A stretch of 64,000 nucleotides of DNA from Lingula anatina (taxonomy: Eukaryota; Animalia; Brachiopoda): the NCBI GenBank assembly GCA_051362555.1, contig CM120645.1, positions 21,452,001 to 21,516,000 of the forward strand, read 5' to 3'. Position 1 is the first letter of the stretch. Every line of letters begins with the position of its first letter. Made by a program: the position numbers and the translations under genes. The notes under the pieces were generated by a model that saw nothing but the letters and a program-made list of their open reading frames with translations, was not told where the DNA came from and ran no database searches. Of this stretch, positions 1 to 13,066 are shown piece by piece.

Positions 1-1456
1 ACCACATATCAACCGTTTACTGTGCTCCCACCTGACCTTGGAGAGCCTTGATACATCAAACTTGACCGGATAAGTGATTTGATTCTTAGCACAATTGGGC
101 ATTTGAAAGTACACATGATGGTATACCCTAACATCCGACAACCTGACATGTTCTTGGCCACGATCTAAATTGACCAAGTACTCTCTGATGCCATTACGAA
201 GTGGTGCTATGAAATCTTCCCTCAGCAGCCTAAACTGGACATCAAGATAATGATCCACGGAACTGTACTTCCCCTTCACAATGTTGGCCCTCAGGAAAGG
301 TTGTTCATCGGTGATAAGGTCTTCCCTACTTGGAAATATACTGCACTCGCGAAAATCATCGGGAGGAGTTGTGAGATCTTCAGGAGCATTTTCTGCATCT
401 TGTGCTTTAAAACCCATTCTTAGGTCATTTTCGACGGCATCTTTTATTTCAGTAGCTTGCTTTAATTGTCTTTTCAGGCAGACAATATTACCACTGTCTG
501 CCTTGCCATCTACTACCTTCTGTATTAATGGTAAAAGGGTGCTGGCATGTAGGTGACTAGATCGAGGCAGAAGAGTCAGAAGTAAATGGACCAAATTGAG
601 AACATTGCCAAGAAAATTGACATCGACAGCCTGGCTGTTTCGGGCTAGAACCATCTCGATAATACAGCTCTGAACAGGACCTCCTGCTGAAAGCAATGGC
701 GATTCATTGGTAATGTTGAGAACCGTAATCAAATGCGATCGGAGCTGATCTGCCTGACCTACATAAGCCAACACAGACAGGAGAAGAGAAAGAAGACCAC
801 CTTCCAGCTTTTCAGACACGAGAAGCTCACGGAAACCGTTTTTAGGGGATGCCAAGTACAGGAGAGCATCACCCTGATCCCTTTTTAACAAATCTTCCAA
901 CTTTTTGTAACCCATGTAACGGACTTCGCTCTGTGTCCATTTCGTGGTCATGTCACCAGCTTTTGGCCCCCGTTTATAAACTGGCCTGGCCAACCTGAAA
1001 AAGAAAAAAGCCTACTTTCATACTTCGAGCCCGAATTGTATATTTTGAATGTTTTGTTTTCCTTTCACTGATGTATTTTTAAAATGCCTAGTATCAGCGT
1101 GAAAAAAAGTGTCTAATTTACCTTCATTCAGTCTTTCTTGCTGGACCCCTCTCTTCCTCTCTCTGCTCTTTCTCATTGTCTGACAGTATGTTTTCTCAAC
1201 ATCCTCGACCTATATCTCTGTCACTTTTTTACACACAGACACACACACGCATGTGCGCATGTTTACTCGCGCACACACACACACACACAAACAGTACAGG
1301 GTATATTTACGTTAAGTTCACGAGTTTTGTAAATACTTACCCTTCATGGGGTTTGAACGGCCTATCTGTGTCATATCTACTTTTCTTCCCATTAAGCCTT
1401 TCTTTTCGTGAATCATGTCGTGGACTCTGTCTCTCTTCTTTGGTCTTTTCTGCCAT
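1..1456 (-). CDS. ZNFX1: ZNFX1-like helicase, copy A (5' part only; gene runs off window start)
   Basis: Exon 1456-1341 (ATG GCA GAA AAG..., MAEKTKEERQSPRHDSRKERLNGKKSRYDTDRPFKPHE, phase-2 GTAAGT donor) joins acceptor tttcag| at 994 (G TTG GCC AGG CCA...). 1-994 is near-identical to 19057-20050 of copy B. An in-frame TAG lies just before the ATG. Confidence 0.88.
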
Positions 1457-1516
1457 CTTCTACGTATATCTAGTGCATAATATAACGCATTTTGGTAACA
1501 TAACAGGAAATAATTG

Positions 1517-2173
1517 AGAGAGTAGGGTCTGCTGTTTTCTTAGGGGTTAGGATCAGCAGCGATTTGAGCTGAGAAGGTCACATCTGTGATATTTGTAAAA
1601 AAAGCTAGTAAAAGGCTACACAATCTTAAGCTTCTGAAAAGAGCGGGTATTCCAGCCAATGAACTTGTAAGATTTTACACATCAGTAATCAGACCTACAT
1701 TAGAATATACATGTCAGGTGTGGCACCCAGGTCTCACACAACAACAAGTTGATAAAATCGAATCCATCCGGATTAGAGCATGTAAGATTATATTCCCAGA
1801 GCTGCCCTATGATGGGGCACTTGAAACATGTAAACTTATCACTCTTGCTTGTAGAAGAGATGAACTATCTAAAACATTATTGCATAACATCTACTCTGAA
1901 GGACACAAAATCCATCATTTGCTACCAGGGATAAATGAAGGTTCCTACACTTTGCGCCGGGTTTATAAGTACACTTTGCCAAAATTGAGGAATGTACGAT
2001 CGTCAAAATCTTTTATCCCATGGGCTTTATCAAATTTTAAGTAGTGCGGTTTTTATGAACTTCTAATGTGTATCGAATCATTTTGACACTTACAAGTATA
2101 TTTTAAGATTGTGCATCTCACGACTATTTGTTTTTATTGTAAAAACCAACTTTTTAAGTTGCAAATAAATACA

Positions 2174-2210
<37 letters not shown>

Positions 2211-2211
2211 G
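1517..2211 (+). mobile_element. 5'-truncated non-LTR retrotransposon (CR1-group, Rex/Babar-like RT C-terminus)
   Basis: ORF 1586-2044 (KKASKRLHNLKLLKRAG...FYTSVIRPTLEYTCQVW...IESIR) resembles the LINE RT thumb region and is followed by AATAAA and an (ATT)n tail at 2174-2210. It is absent at the paralogous site in copy B (aataattgtaattagtg, ~20565-20581). Confidence 0.85.
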
Positions 2212-3162
2212 TAATAAGTGTTAAAAATTCCACCGTTGTCACTAGTTGCTTGTTCCATAGAGAAAACCAATATTTATAGCAATCTGGACAATCTTTCTTA
2301 TTTTAAAGATAGCAACTGGATTATAAATACATCCATATATTTTTTCAGGGCCATGCAGATTTATGTATAAGGTATGTAGAAATAACTCGTTCTTATTGCG
2401 CCACGGCTAAGAGTACACCAAGCCGCCAAAGTTTACAGGGCGACCGTGCAATCAAATGCACATACTTCTTGGCCCATGTGGTACATCAAAGTCACACATT
2501 AAAAAAGCCAATGTTAAAAAAAAATATCAACGATAACAACAAAAAATACATGTATAACAAAAAGACAATAGGTTCAGTTCAAAGTTTTTCGCGCTCCAGC
2601 TGTATATTAATCTTCATTATAGGCCTAATTATTTTATGTTTGAGGATAATAAGTGACACTGTTGTCCATTAAACAGTCCGAATAGTATTTGTGGTAGCCG
2701 TGTGCGACGACGTGTGCACATAAATACGTGTAAGTGTAATTGAAAGGGAAAGGGTTTCAAAAAATTGACAAAATGACATTTAGATAGCAGAGAGAAAAGA
2801 AAAAAGTTGAAGAATATATGAGAAGTAAATATCAAATGAATTTTTTTAATGTTCAACGCATATTTGCCAAAAGTTATCTGTGCAGATATGGGGGCGCAAT
2901 GGTGCTGAGAGTGCTAAAGGCACCAAAAGACCAAAATCCAGTCCGTATTGTGTTTGTCATTGAACTTGGTCTTATAAATCTCATGCCTCTAAGTCCTTCT
3001 GGCAGACCCCTAAATTTTAAATCGCTACCGAACGGGTGACCACAGTTCATTGGTATCATGTGAAAGTTCATTTAATCAGAAGTCAGTGCCTGTGTGGTAT
3101 CACTTTCAAATCAGTAGCTTTCTTCATGCGAATGGTCTTTATATAACGAAATGTTGCTAAAT

Positions 3163-4124
3163 GGCCGCGTCTAAAAAGATGGGGAAAAGGAAGGAAAATA
3201 TCGATAATATGAAAATACCAAAAGGTAGGGCATTATTATATTTGATATTATGCAGCTGAAGAATAGTTTTAAAAGATCTGTAAAGTGAGTTTTTTATGTT
3301 CCATAATCTGTAAACAAATGAGGTCAAAAGTCACCTGAAGTAAAACTTGAGGTATTTTCCAGAAAAAAAATAAAGCAATGGAATAATCTTCAAGGTGAAT
3401 GTAAGACAAAATTAATGGTTTATTGCTATTACTGATAACTCCATATATTAAAGGGATTTGATGAGATTTGACAGTTAACTTGACAATTGCGACGCTTATG
3501 GATGACACAGGTGCTGTAAGGGGTGTTCAGTCAGTTTATGAATAATGGGGGTAGGGGAGGAAAAAAAGCTCACTATTTGATAGACTTGTAAGGTGTGAAT
3601 AAAATTCGGCTCATTTATTTAGCTGAGGGGATGTTCTAATAGGTGAAGAAAAATATTTGTTAGCATGTAATATAGCAATTGAAGTATTTCAAAGTTCACA
3701 TTAGGTCAAATTTGATGCATTTTAGGAAAAATGAACCCAAAAGTTATTTAATTTAGAGAATGGAAATGGAAGTGTTTTGGATTATTTCTAATAACTTGGT
3801 CTAAATTTCAGGGATATGCTGAAGTTCTGACAATTTATTCAACAATATGACAGATTTATGGATGAACTATTAATCTTGACTTACATTCTCTTAAAAAATA
3901 AAATTTAATATGTTTATTTCTCCGAAAATTGCCTCAAATGTGACCTTAGGTTACCTCTGACCTTATTTGTTTACAGATTATGTATTATTACAAAATTCAC
4001 TTAGTTGATTTTTTAAAGACTATTCTTCAGCTGTATAATGATACATAAATTATTACTTAAGTTTATTTTATTTTCATATTATGTATGTTTTTCTTCCCCT
4101 ACCCCCATTTTTCTAGATGCGGTA
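3163..4124. mobile_element. Foldback/MITE-like element with long imperfect inverted arms
   Basis: gccgcgtctaaaaagatgggg...ataatatgaaaata and cagctgaagaatag...ataatctgtaaacaaatgaggtca at left are mirrored by tgaccttatttgtttacagattat...ctattcttcagctg...tattttcatattat...cccattttttctagatgcgg at right. Confidence 0.6.
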
Positions 4125-4869
4125 CATATGAACCGAGCATAGGTGGAGCGTGGATTCCCAGTAACACATATAAACCACTTCCACTAGTTTCTTATACGAC
4201 TCAAATAAAGTCGACATGCCAAGGGATAAACTAAATATATCACTCGATCAGCCTTAAAAGACCTTAAGACTGCTCCTGTCTTTAAATTTTTGGTCAGAAA
4301 TTTAACCTACATTCGTGACCTACTTTTCTGCCCCATTGATATACAGCATAGAATGCTAGCCGAAATATCCGTTCAAATATCATTTTTCGGGTAAATTTTA
4401 ACAATGCCTTTTACTAATTCTCTTAGTTTTACTACTTGAAACTACGTGCTGGCATTTGGTTGGCTTTTGTGACAAAATTGTGACTTCATATGCATCCTTA
4501 AGCAACATTTCGTTATATAAAGAGCGTTCGCATAAAGAAAGCCAAGAATTGAAAGTGCTACCACACAGACAATGATTCCTGTCTAAATGAACTTTCACAT
4601 GATACCAATGAATCCCTCAACCTTGGTCGCCCGATCTGTAGTGATGGACCCCTGTACCTGACGGACTACCGGTATCATGGGATGGTGGAGATATAATTTT
4701 TTTCTGAAACAACCTTCGAGAATATGGCCCCAGGCCAGCACATGCCAGCTTCCTCCTTTCCAAATCTGCATATCAGTGGTTTTAAAATCTTGCAGATGGA
4801 ATTAGGCATCAGTTGAGAATGTTAGGTTCAGTGACCCCAGAACTACGATAACTTGGTCAACCATCAATA

Positions 4870-5806
4870 GGAACAAGTTCGTTTTGCTGAAGAATCAAGG
4901 TATTTCTTGTATGCCTTCGATGGTCAAATTTGGACCCGTAGACATGTTGCAGAATGCTTTTTGGAAGGTTTGTGGAAGATAATATCGCCTGAGGTGTCAG
5001 TTCAGACCACGTTTGGAGAGAATTCCAAGCCTATGGTTTTAGTGCATTGTTTTTTCCAGAAAAGAACGTTATTGGGGCAATTCACTGAAACGTTCTCAAC
5101 AAGTATCTCACTCCATTTGCAAGAGGTGACTTCAGGGATACTACAGGCGTCATCGTGGAAATGCACATGCTCACAACTCTCGTCTGCTGAGTGATTTGTT
5201 GCAGAAACCCAACGTTAAGAGGATAGAACAACCACCTTTGAGCCATGTTATTAACCTTACTAAACATATGTGGCATGAACTGAAGTGTGCAGTGCATAGG
5301 AAAACCAAACTCCTAATGCTCTGGACCAACTCCCTCAAGCTCTTTAGGAAGAATGGGACAATATCCCATAAAACAGAATTGTTACCCTTGTTGAAGGCAG
5401 GCAGCGCCACCTACAGGAGGTACTTACAGTACGCGGTAAACACAAACGCTATTAGGCAAGGAGCCTTTAACGAGCACACCCTAATGCTAAATGTGTGGAA
5501 ATTTGGTGACATTTAGTGGTGTTATTTCAATTTAATGGACATTTCTTTACCTCTGTGAAAATCACAGTGAAACGTCGGACTTGAGGGGGTACATGTAATA
5601 AATGTGAATAAATAGTATTTTATTTATTTTAATATTTAAAAATATTGATATCTTCAACGCTAGTTTGTATTTTCTGTATCACTAATGTTAGTTATGGTAT
5701 CTGGTATGAAAATCACTATTTATGACAATCTACACCTGTGATGTGATCATTTATAGATAAAATCACATGATACTGAAGGTGGGGCAACCTTTTTGACCAA
5801 TGCTGT
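4870..5806 (+). mobile_element. Decayed Tc1/mariner transposase remnant
   Basis: Fragment SHVINLTKHMWHELKCAVHRK resembles the Tc1 'SPDLNPIE.LW..LK..V' motif. A Tc1-like end (ttttgaccaatgctg-TA) lies at ~5790-5807. The region is heavily frameshifted and its boundaries are approximate. Confidence 0.5.
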
Positions 5807-6223
5807 ATTACAGTAGTTAAAACTTTATCTATATCTCACTGATAATGAGCGTCGAAAATCCGAAAAATCACTGATCACCGGGTATAAACTTCGTTTCACG
5901 AAGGGCGGAGAATAAAAAGTCACATTCAAGAGTCGTGGGAAAGGGGTGATTCACGAATCACGCAAAAAAAAAAAAAAAAAAAAATACCATTACGCATATA
6001 ATTTTTAAAATATGGCTTTCACAGGTAACGAAATTACCCAATAGGACCCTCTTTTAATTAAATTATTCCGTGGGACAAATATAACCTGATAAAAGGAGAA
6101 TCCCCTTCAGCTGTGCTACGATTACATGGACAGTGGAAAATCGGTATATGGATATGATATTTCCGCTAAACTGACTCTGACTACACGCCAAATAGCTCAC
6201 CCGCGTCTGTTCACAAACATACA

Positions 6224-6264
<41 letters not shown>

Positions 6265-6401
6265 AGTTTTCAAATCGTATTTGTGAATCATTGACGGACT
6301 TCAATTGCATATGCTTGATTACACATTTAATACGTGACTTTAAAGGTCAAGGGTTTTCCAAAGATTTTATAGCGTAACAAGGGCAGTAGGCTGTGAAGAA
6401 T

Positions 6402-6438
<37 letters not shown>

Positions 6439-6509
6439 CGTCTGTGTGTTTGTGTGTGAGAGAGAAAGGCATATGCATATATCTTCCCCCTAAATTACCC
6501 CCCCCCCCT

Positions 6510-7956
6510 TACGGGGTCCGCCATATAGATCAACGTCCTTATAAAATATTCGTCCCCATAGATGCGTCTCTATACATACGCGTCTCAATAGATTTTCGTC
6601 TCGTTAAATTTACGTTCCGATAGATCCACCAGCAGATTCCTCTAAACCCACGTATATTTAGATCCAGGTACCGCTAGATCCATCTATCAGACATCGTTAT
6701 CGGCAAAAATGGCGATATCAACTTGAGATACAGGTATCAGACTTTCGAGTGACAGTCAGACTGCAATTGAGTACTGACCCACTTAGTTATCTGACTTAAT
6801 TACAACCTGATATTTATTACCTTAAAGGTATGTTAAGCTCTAAAAAGGCGCAAATTCCCTTAGAAAACGAATTTCACCAGGGTAAACTGCATTTTTCCTG
6901 GACTTTATTTCACCAGTCCATTTTTGTTCTAAATCATCAATCCAAACTATTAGAGGTCACTTTTACAAGTAGGTTGAGTTTCTTACTATGATCAGAATTC
7001 AAATCTCCTAACCTACACATTACTTAAATTATGTAAAAGTTAACAATTAATGGCATTTCCAAACAAACTGTGTTGTTTACAAGGGCCCGTCAGAAGCGGG
7101 GGGAGGGGGCTGCAGCCAATAATTTGCTTGTGTATCTTCCCCTGACTTTCGCTACCCTTTCGCTAGTTCTGTCTTTTGTAACAAATGTAATATACTAGTA
7201 TCAAAACGAAAAACAATGTAACACATAAAAATCACTCTTGTGAAAATGTCCATTTGTTTTTACCATAAAAACGCTCTCTAGTTAGGTATCGTTAACTTCT
7301 TCTCTGATGAAAAACATGAAATGTTCTTTTTTAACAGATGTAATATAAGATAACGTAAAGTACTATGCAATACTTAAGAATCACATGCGAAGAAATGTCC
7401 ATCTCTTTTTACCAAAAATATCCAGTGCAATATCTGTTCTTCTGGGATTAATCGCTATATAGGCCTAATCTTAGGTTCCCGTCAGAAGCCTGCGTAATCA
7501 AAACTAAATGAATGTAACATAATTTCACCTAGTGAAATCATAAATTTCTGTCAGATAATGCGTTAGTAATGTAAATTACCCGAGTATTGCGTAAAAACGA
7601 TGTAGTAGAATAATAAATTGCTGAAGGGATTAATATGTGTACTGTCGTTTTAAAAAAAGTGCATTTCATGTACTGAGTAGTATACCAACCATTTTGGGCA
7701 ATAGTGTACCTGTAAGGGATCTATCGATATTTGGATCTAAAAATGCGTGGATCTATAGGTATGCGGACTTATAAGTACGTGGGTTTATGTGGACGTCGGT
7801 ATCTATAGGAACGCAAATATATAGGACGGTGGTGAAAATCGGATCTATCGGTATTTAAATCTAAAAAGACGATTTTTTTCAGTTTTTCCTTTATGTATCT
7901 ATCGGTAATGGGAGTATAGGGACGTGTAATATTTTGGGATTAAATTTTATCCGTAC
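6510..7956. mobile_element. Putative non-autonomous DNA element with subterminal ATAGAT/ATCTAT repeats
   Basis: Clusters of atagatc-like motifs at 6525-6690 and inverted gatctat motifs at 7718-7905. The segment is absent from the paralogous block near 27740. Confidence 0.4.
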
Positions 7957-8020
7957 GCCCCCCCCCCCCATATTCTGTGCATTCTTCGCGAGAGAGAGAG
8001 AGAGAGAGAGACTGAGAGAG

Positions 8021-8320
8021 ACTTACGTTAAAACCGTATGAGACGGCCTATCGAGTCACTGTCAGTTCCTGGTTAACTTTCGCTTTCGTACTCTGGCTGG
8101 TTTGAGAAGCTTTCATCCATCCCACTGCGTCAGGTTTTTCCTGTCTCCCTCTGCAATACGCATACCTCTCTGTGTGACAGATATTATAGCGCGTTGAAAT
8201 ATATAGCACACGGAGCACTATAAAATGTATTTCGCTGAAAGAAACGCCCTCCGTTAAAGTGATTCAAAGAACTGGGCCTCTTACGCTATATTAAATACCT
8301 GAAACAGAAAGTTACCGGGA
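8021..8320 (-). promoter_or_regulatory. Putative promoter / non-coding first exon of ZNFX1 copy A with IRF-element-like motifs
   Basis: Minus-strand donor GTAAGT at 8026-8021, GAAAGCGAAAGT (rc of 8076-8087) and GAAACAGAAAGT (8301-8312). The block is conserved upstream of copies B and C. Confidence 0.55.
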
Positions 8321-9231
8321 AAAACAAATCTGTCGCGACCAATACTTAAGGTCTGGAGGGTTAAACTGAATTATTTGCATTTCGTTAAGTTTTTAATCAC
8401 CTTTGCCACTCTCACCCAGCTTTCATTTGCTATTTTAACTTCGCCCTTATTTGTTCTTGAATGTAAGAGCCCTTTAACCGATCTTTATTTTCTAATAACC
8501 CTAAAAAGGTTTACGTGCTTTTTCACAAAATCTGGATTGAGAGTAATATTTCATATGTGACCAAAAACTGACGTTGTTTAAATGGTCATTTAACAACAAA
8601 CGGGAGGGCATTATTATTATTATTAGATTTTTTTTTTTTTTGGGGGGGGGGTACCTCATAAAACCTCTGTAAAGGTTTATTTGAAAAGTTCCGAGAGAAA
8701 ACAAAACCAAATATATATATATATATTAATAACAAATAATACACGGTATATATATATATATATGCACTAATAGTGCGGTCAATCGACCTAATTATCCAGG
8801 TTACACCATGCGTCATACACATTACTAGAAATGCGATAATATTGTTTGTTTAAGATAAGTTGGTCTGAAACGGAGCCTACTCAATTTGTACCTAGGCCAA
8901 AGATTGAATTCTAACTCAGTCAGTGCACTGTTCTCTGCTGTCAACCGAGATAAGAATTCATGTATGGAATTTACCTCATCCCTCAGGTGACTTCTAGTAA
9001 ACGATACACAATTTACAAGTAGGCCTACATGTACTTGAACTTTGGTACGCTGCTTCGGCACCCTTCCCATTGCCAACTATAAAGATCTTCAAATCTTCCA
9101 TTCGTTGAATTTCTAAAAAGGGAGGAGGAGGAGCCGATATTCTGAAGCACCACTATGAGACAGAGTTTTCAGATAAACCCTAGCTGGATCGATCCAAGTC
9201 TGCAGTTAATGTAATCAGGTTAATTGTCAGA

Positions 9232-9397
9232 CAGGGGCGTAACCAGGCATACGCACGGATGCACTGTGCGTACAATTTTTTGAGCCAACCATGATATTAT
9301 TCTCCATAAATTCAGTGTATTTTTCATGGAATATAATTGTACCTGGGAATTTTCAAAATCTGTGCGTACAATTTTTAAAGGTCTGGTTACGCCCCTG
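9232..9397. mobile_element. Small MITE
   Basis: Perfect TIR CAGGGGCGTAACCAG/CTGGTTACGCCCCTG flanked by duplicated tgtcagaca (TSD of 5, 7 or 9 bp depending on where the ends are placed). Empty site at ~29221 in the paralogous block. Confidence 0.8.
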
Positions 9398-9838
9398 TCA
9401 GACACGCCTCCTTTACGCACGTCATCAACACCCCAACACTCCAGTATAACAAAGAATACGGTAATAAAATTGCTCATAGAGCAAAAAACTCTGCAAATGT
9501 TGTAAAATTTTTAAATTTCAATTTACTTTTAATCTTTATTCATTTTTGAATCTAGTAATATTTAGATGTAATTACAAATTAAACAATAAAATGCAAGTTG
9601 TACTGGAAGCATATTTATTCTATCTAAATCTTTGTTTTACACTGCATTATAATTGCATAAATGATTGCCATATTTTTTAGTCTATTTCATAAGTAGATAT
9701 CTGATAATAATGTAACTATCTTTTCATATAAATAAATAAAACAATGTTAACATATGCTTAAATATGCAAAAAAAAAAAAAAATAAATAAATAAATAAATA
9801 AATAGAAACAAAATAAAGCAAAAAAAAAAAAAAAAAAA

Positions 9839-9937
9839 ATGTCGCACGCCACACCAGGGCTCCAACCCGGACCCTCCCGTTTATACCCTCCCGTTTATAC
9901 CACAGAGCGATCACTCTACTGCCTGAGCTGTCCAGCC
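9839..9937 (-). pseudogene. tRNA-derived sequence (SINE head or tRNA pseudogene)
   Basis: Minus strand reads GGCTGGACAGCTCAGGCAGTAGAG (A-box-like)...CCGGGTTGGAGCCCTGG (B-box-like) followed by a T run. An internal duplication (ataaacgggagggt x2) disrupts the cloverleaf. Confidence 0.5.
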
Positions 9938-10363
9938 TTTCATCTAAAGCCAGGCACTAAAATACAAATCAGTAGTTCCAAGTTCACATTGTGTAAACAT
10001 GCTTTGTTCACACCACACGCATTCCTTAATTGACCTGGTACTTCTATGGAAATATAAATAAATTCTCCTTTTCCGGCTGCACTTTAACACCAATAACTGC
10101 AAATTGAACGTCCCAAGAACCTAAACGAAGCAACCAGATGACATATGACGCATACGTTTACCCCCGTATAACACCTACCTCGTCTCAGAAAATGATTTTC
10201 ACATCAAAAACATAGAATTTTTGGCTAACGTTCTCCGCTTTTTCAATTTATACCAAAGTCCTTTAGTTATCATTTTCAAATTGTAAACTTAAAATTGGCA
10301 TAAACAGTAAGTGTATATTTCAGTGAAGTTAGATTGGTAAGGTATTTTTCCATTGTTTTACAG

Positions 10364-11301
10364 TAACCGTTTCGTCCGTTATCACAAACAGCTTGTGAAA
10401 CCAGCAGCCCCTGTCGTCACTCGTGTGGTCCCCAAAGTTCACCCACGTGTTGCCCCACGTGTGGTCTCAAAAGTTCACCCACGTGTGGCCACAAGAGTTC
10501 TCCCAGTCGCTTCCCGTTTGATCCCAAGAGTTCGCCCACGTGTTTTGCAACCAGTGGTTGCAGGCCCAAAACACGTCATCAACACTCAAATATAACGAGT
10601 AATACATGTACCGTGGAAAATACGGCGGTGAGTAAACTCTGTCTCAATCTTTCACGCTTCCTAACCCTGCACCTTTATCCTCCTCTCTATTTTTGTGTTT
10701 GTGCCCACAATATGTAGGCTACATCTTCGTTCTCTTTTGTCGGCTAAAAAAACCGTGGATGATTCCATATTTATAGAGAAAAGCATAGATCTGAAAGACT
10801 TAACGTTAAATGATATGCTATCATTTCGCGTACAAGAACTCAGCAGAACAACTATTTTATCAGTTAATTACTAATGTCAAAGTTCAAAATAAATTATGCT
10901 GTGCCTTGTCTTCAAATCTATCACTGCGCTGGGGTACTTCGTTGTTAAAATTTATAAGCAGCTTGCAGTGTTTTTTTTTCCAATTATACGTGGGAGTTAA
11001 TAGATGGTTTATGTTTAAAGTCAAGGAAATTCTGAATAATAAATTATTTTATCACACTTATAATTTCGCAGGAGTCTGCGCCTACGACGGTATCTACGCC
11101 AACGCTGACGGCTTCTCTCTGACATTCTGTTCCAATGGAATCACCACTGTGCAGCGTTGTGCTCCAGGTAGCGCTACCAGCGGCCTCGATCTGGTGCCAG
11201 GCAATGCCTACCGCGGTGCTGCCATCTGTGACATCAACCTAAACGACATATACGCCGGTAGATACGCCAGCAGTCACGGATACGGATATAGCAAATACTA
11301 A
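10364..11301 (+). pseudogene. Disrupted gene: Val/Pro/Arg-rich repeat exon plus chitin-binding type-2-like Cys domain with a Gly/Tyr tail
   Basis: Exon 10364-10627 (ttttacag|...RVVPKVHPRVAPRVVSKVHPRV...; donor |gtgagt) splices in phase 1 to exon 11072-11301 (GVCAYDGIYAN...FCSNG...CAPGS...CDINL...GYGYSKY*). An apparent +1 frameshift and TAA lie at ~10590-10602. No signal-peptide exon was found. Confidence 0.55.
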
Positions 11302-11337
11302 AATGGGAATGGCGTGATACCAAGGTACGCTATATAT

Positions 11338-11380
<43 letters not shown>

Positions 11381-12280
11381 GTTAAAAGGATTTATACATA
11401 TGCACGTTGAACAGACACCACTATGACACAATCCAGCCAATGTTCAATTTATTTCTTAGAGATAATATAACATAGCTTATTAATTAAGTGTTGCTAGTTA
11501 TAGTCCGATGTTTATGATGTGATTATCGGAATATACAACACTTCTTAACTTTCCGATGAAGGAATAAAAATATTAAATCATCCCTATTGATTTCCGAAAT
11601 ACTCCATTTCAGGTGAAGCCTACAGTGATGACAGTGATAACATTTCTTGTTACTTTGGATGTGCTGTATATATACATATCGATGTTGTAACATAAGAAAA
11701 GGAGACAGATAGAAGAAAGATAAAAAAAGAAGAGATAGTCGTCACTACGCCAAAGAGTATCTCATATTTAAAATGTGCCAGTTACTCTCCTTTCCAATTT
11801 TCTCAATGTGCAATTTCACTTTCATTTTTTTTACGCAATTGAAATAAATAGAGATATTCTGAAATAAATAAATATGTATACGAGAACTGCCTTTTTTACT
11901 TCTTTTTTGCAGTTTGTAAAATTAGATGATCATTACAATCGTGCACATCTATAAAAATACTTAAGGTAAAAATAAGCAACATTTTGACTTATGCAGTCGT
12001 CTTCAAAGAAAGAAAATCTCTTAACTTGAGGCCTGCGAGGTCAAACAATTACGTTACGAAGAATATGCATTGACAACAGAGCATTAAAAATGTATATATG
12101 TAAACACCCTTGTCAATCAACCGACATGAGTCACACTATTCCTCAACTTCATTGCATGTCTAATGTAACGTGCCAGATTACACATTTTTTGCTATTAAAT
12201 AAAGTTGTTACTAATTCAAAAACAGACAGCGTAGTAAAGCACATGTAACGTACACTGGGTGTACCCGATCTTACACCCCG

Positions 12281-12439
12281 CAGGCACATAGCCGGGGGGG
12301 GGTTTAAAAAGAATCGCCCTTTTTGTAAGGAAAACGTCAATGCTGGTAAAATTGATCTAGGTACACAAGAGTTCCACTGTAAAAGGTCCTTTTTTTCTGA
12401 AAAAGAACCTCCCTTTTGACATTTCTGGCTACGGGCCTG
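12281..12439. mobile_element. Small MITE
   Basis: Imperfect TIR caggcacatagcc / ggctacgggcctg. A related sequence occurs at ~29640-29772. Confidence 0.5.
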
Positions 12440-13066
12440 CCTCGTGAGTTTGGTGGACCGTCATTAGCACCCTACAAACGAAATCTCTTGAAAACTTCTG
12501 GTCGACGCTACCCAACTCCAGTATTTTCCAAATTCCTCTATAAAGTTTCATTTTTGGTACTAACTAATGAACTATTTTGGGAACATATCCCTCACTACAC
12601 AATTTCATCTCACTACACAGTTTACCATTGTTTTTAATAACGTGCCCACTCAAATTAAGAATTCTTTCATATTGAAAAACATGTATGTACATTTGTAAAC
12701 ATTCTGATACTTGAATTTGCAAAAACGCTGGTTCTTCATAATCAATCTAAGACAATTATTTACAAGCAATTACGTTCGCTGTTCAAGACAAGCCGGAACT
12801 GCACAAGGTCGTGATGTTACTAGACCAACACAATTACTAGTTAAAAACACGATGAATATACACTACCATACTGTCACTGAGCACGCACTCCAAGTGGGAC
12901 TCACTATGAAAAACACATCAGAGCCACCACCTACAACTTCTATGTACCGGTAGTTTTCTCTGTCATTCTGTCGGAGACAGTTCTTTTGAAGGCACTGTTT
13001 ATCCTCCATGTAGTCGTTCTTTTAAACGTCCAAATTGGATGCCCCAGTAGTAAAATATACTCTTTC

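Noticed and set aside
9839-9937. Functional tRNA gene
   Set aside because: The B box is mutated and the anticodon arm is disrupted by a duplication; kept only as tRNA-derived.
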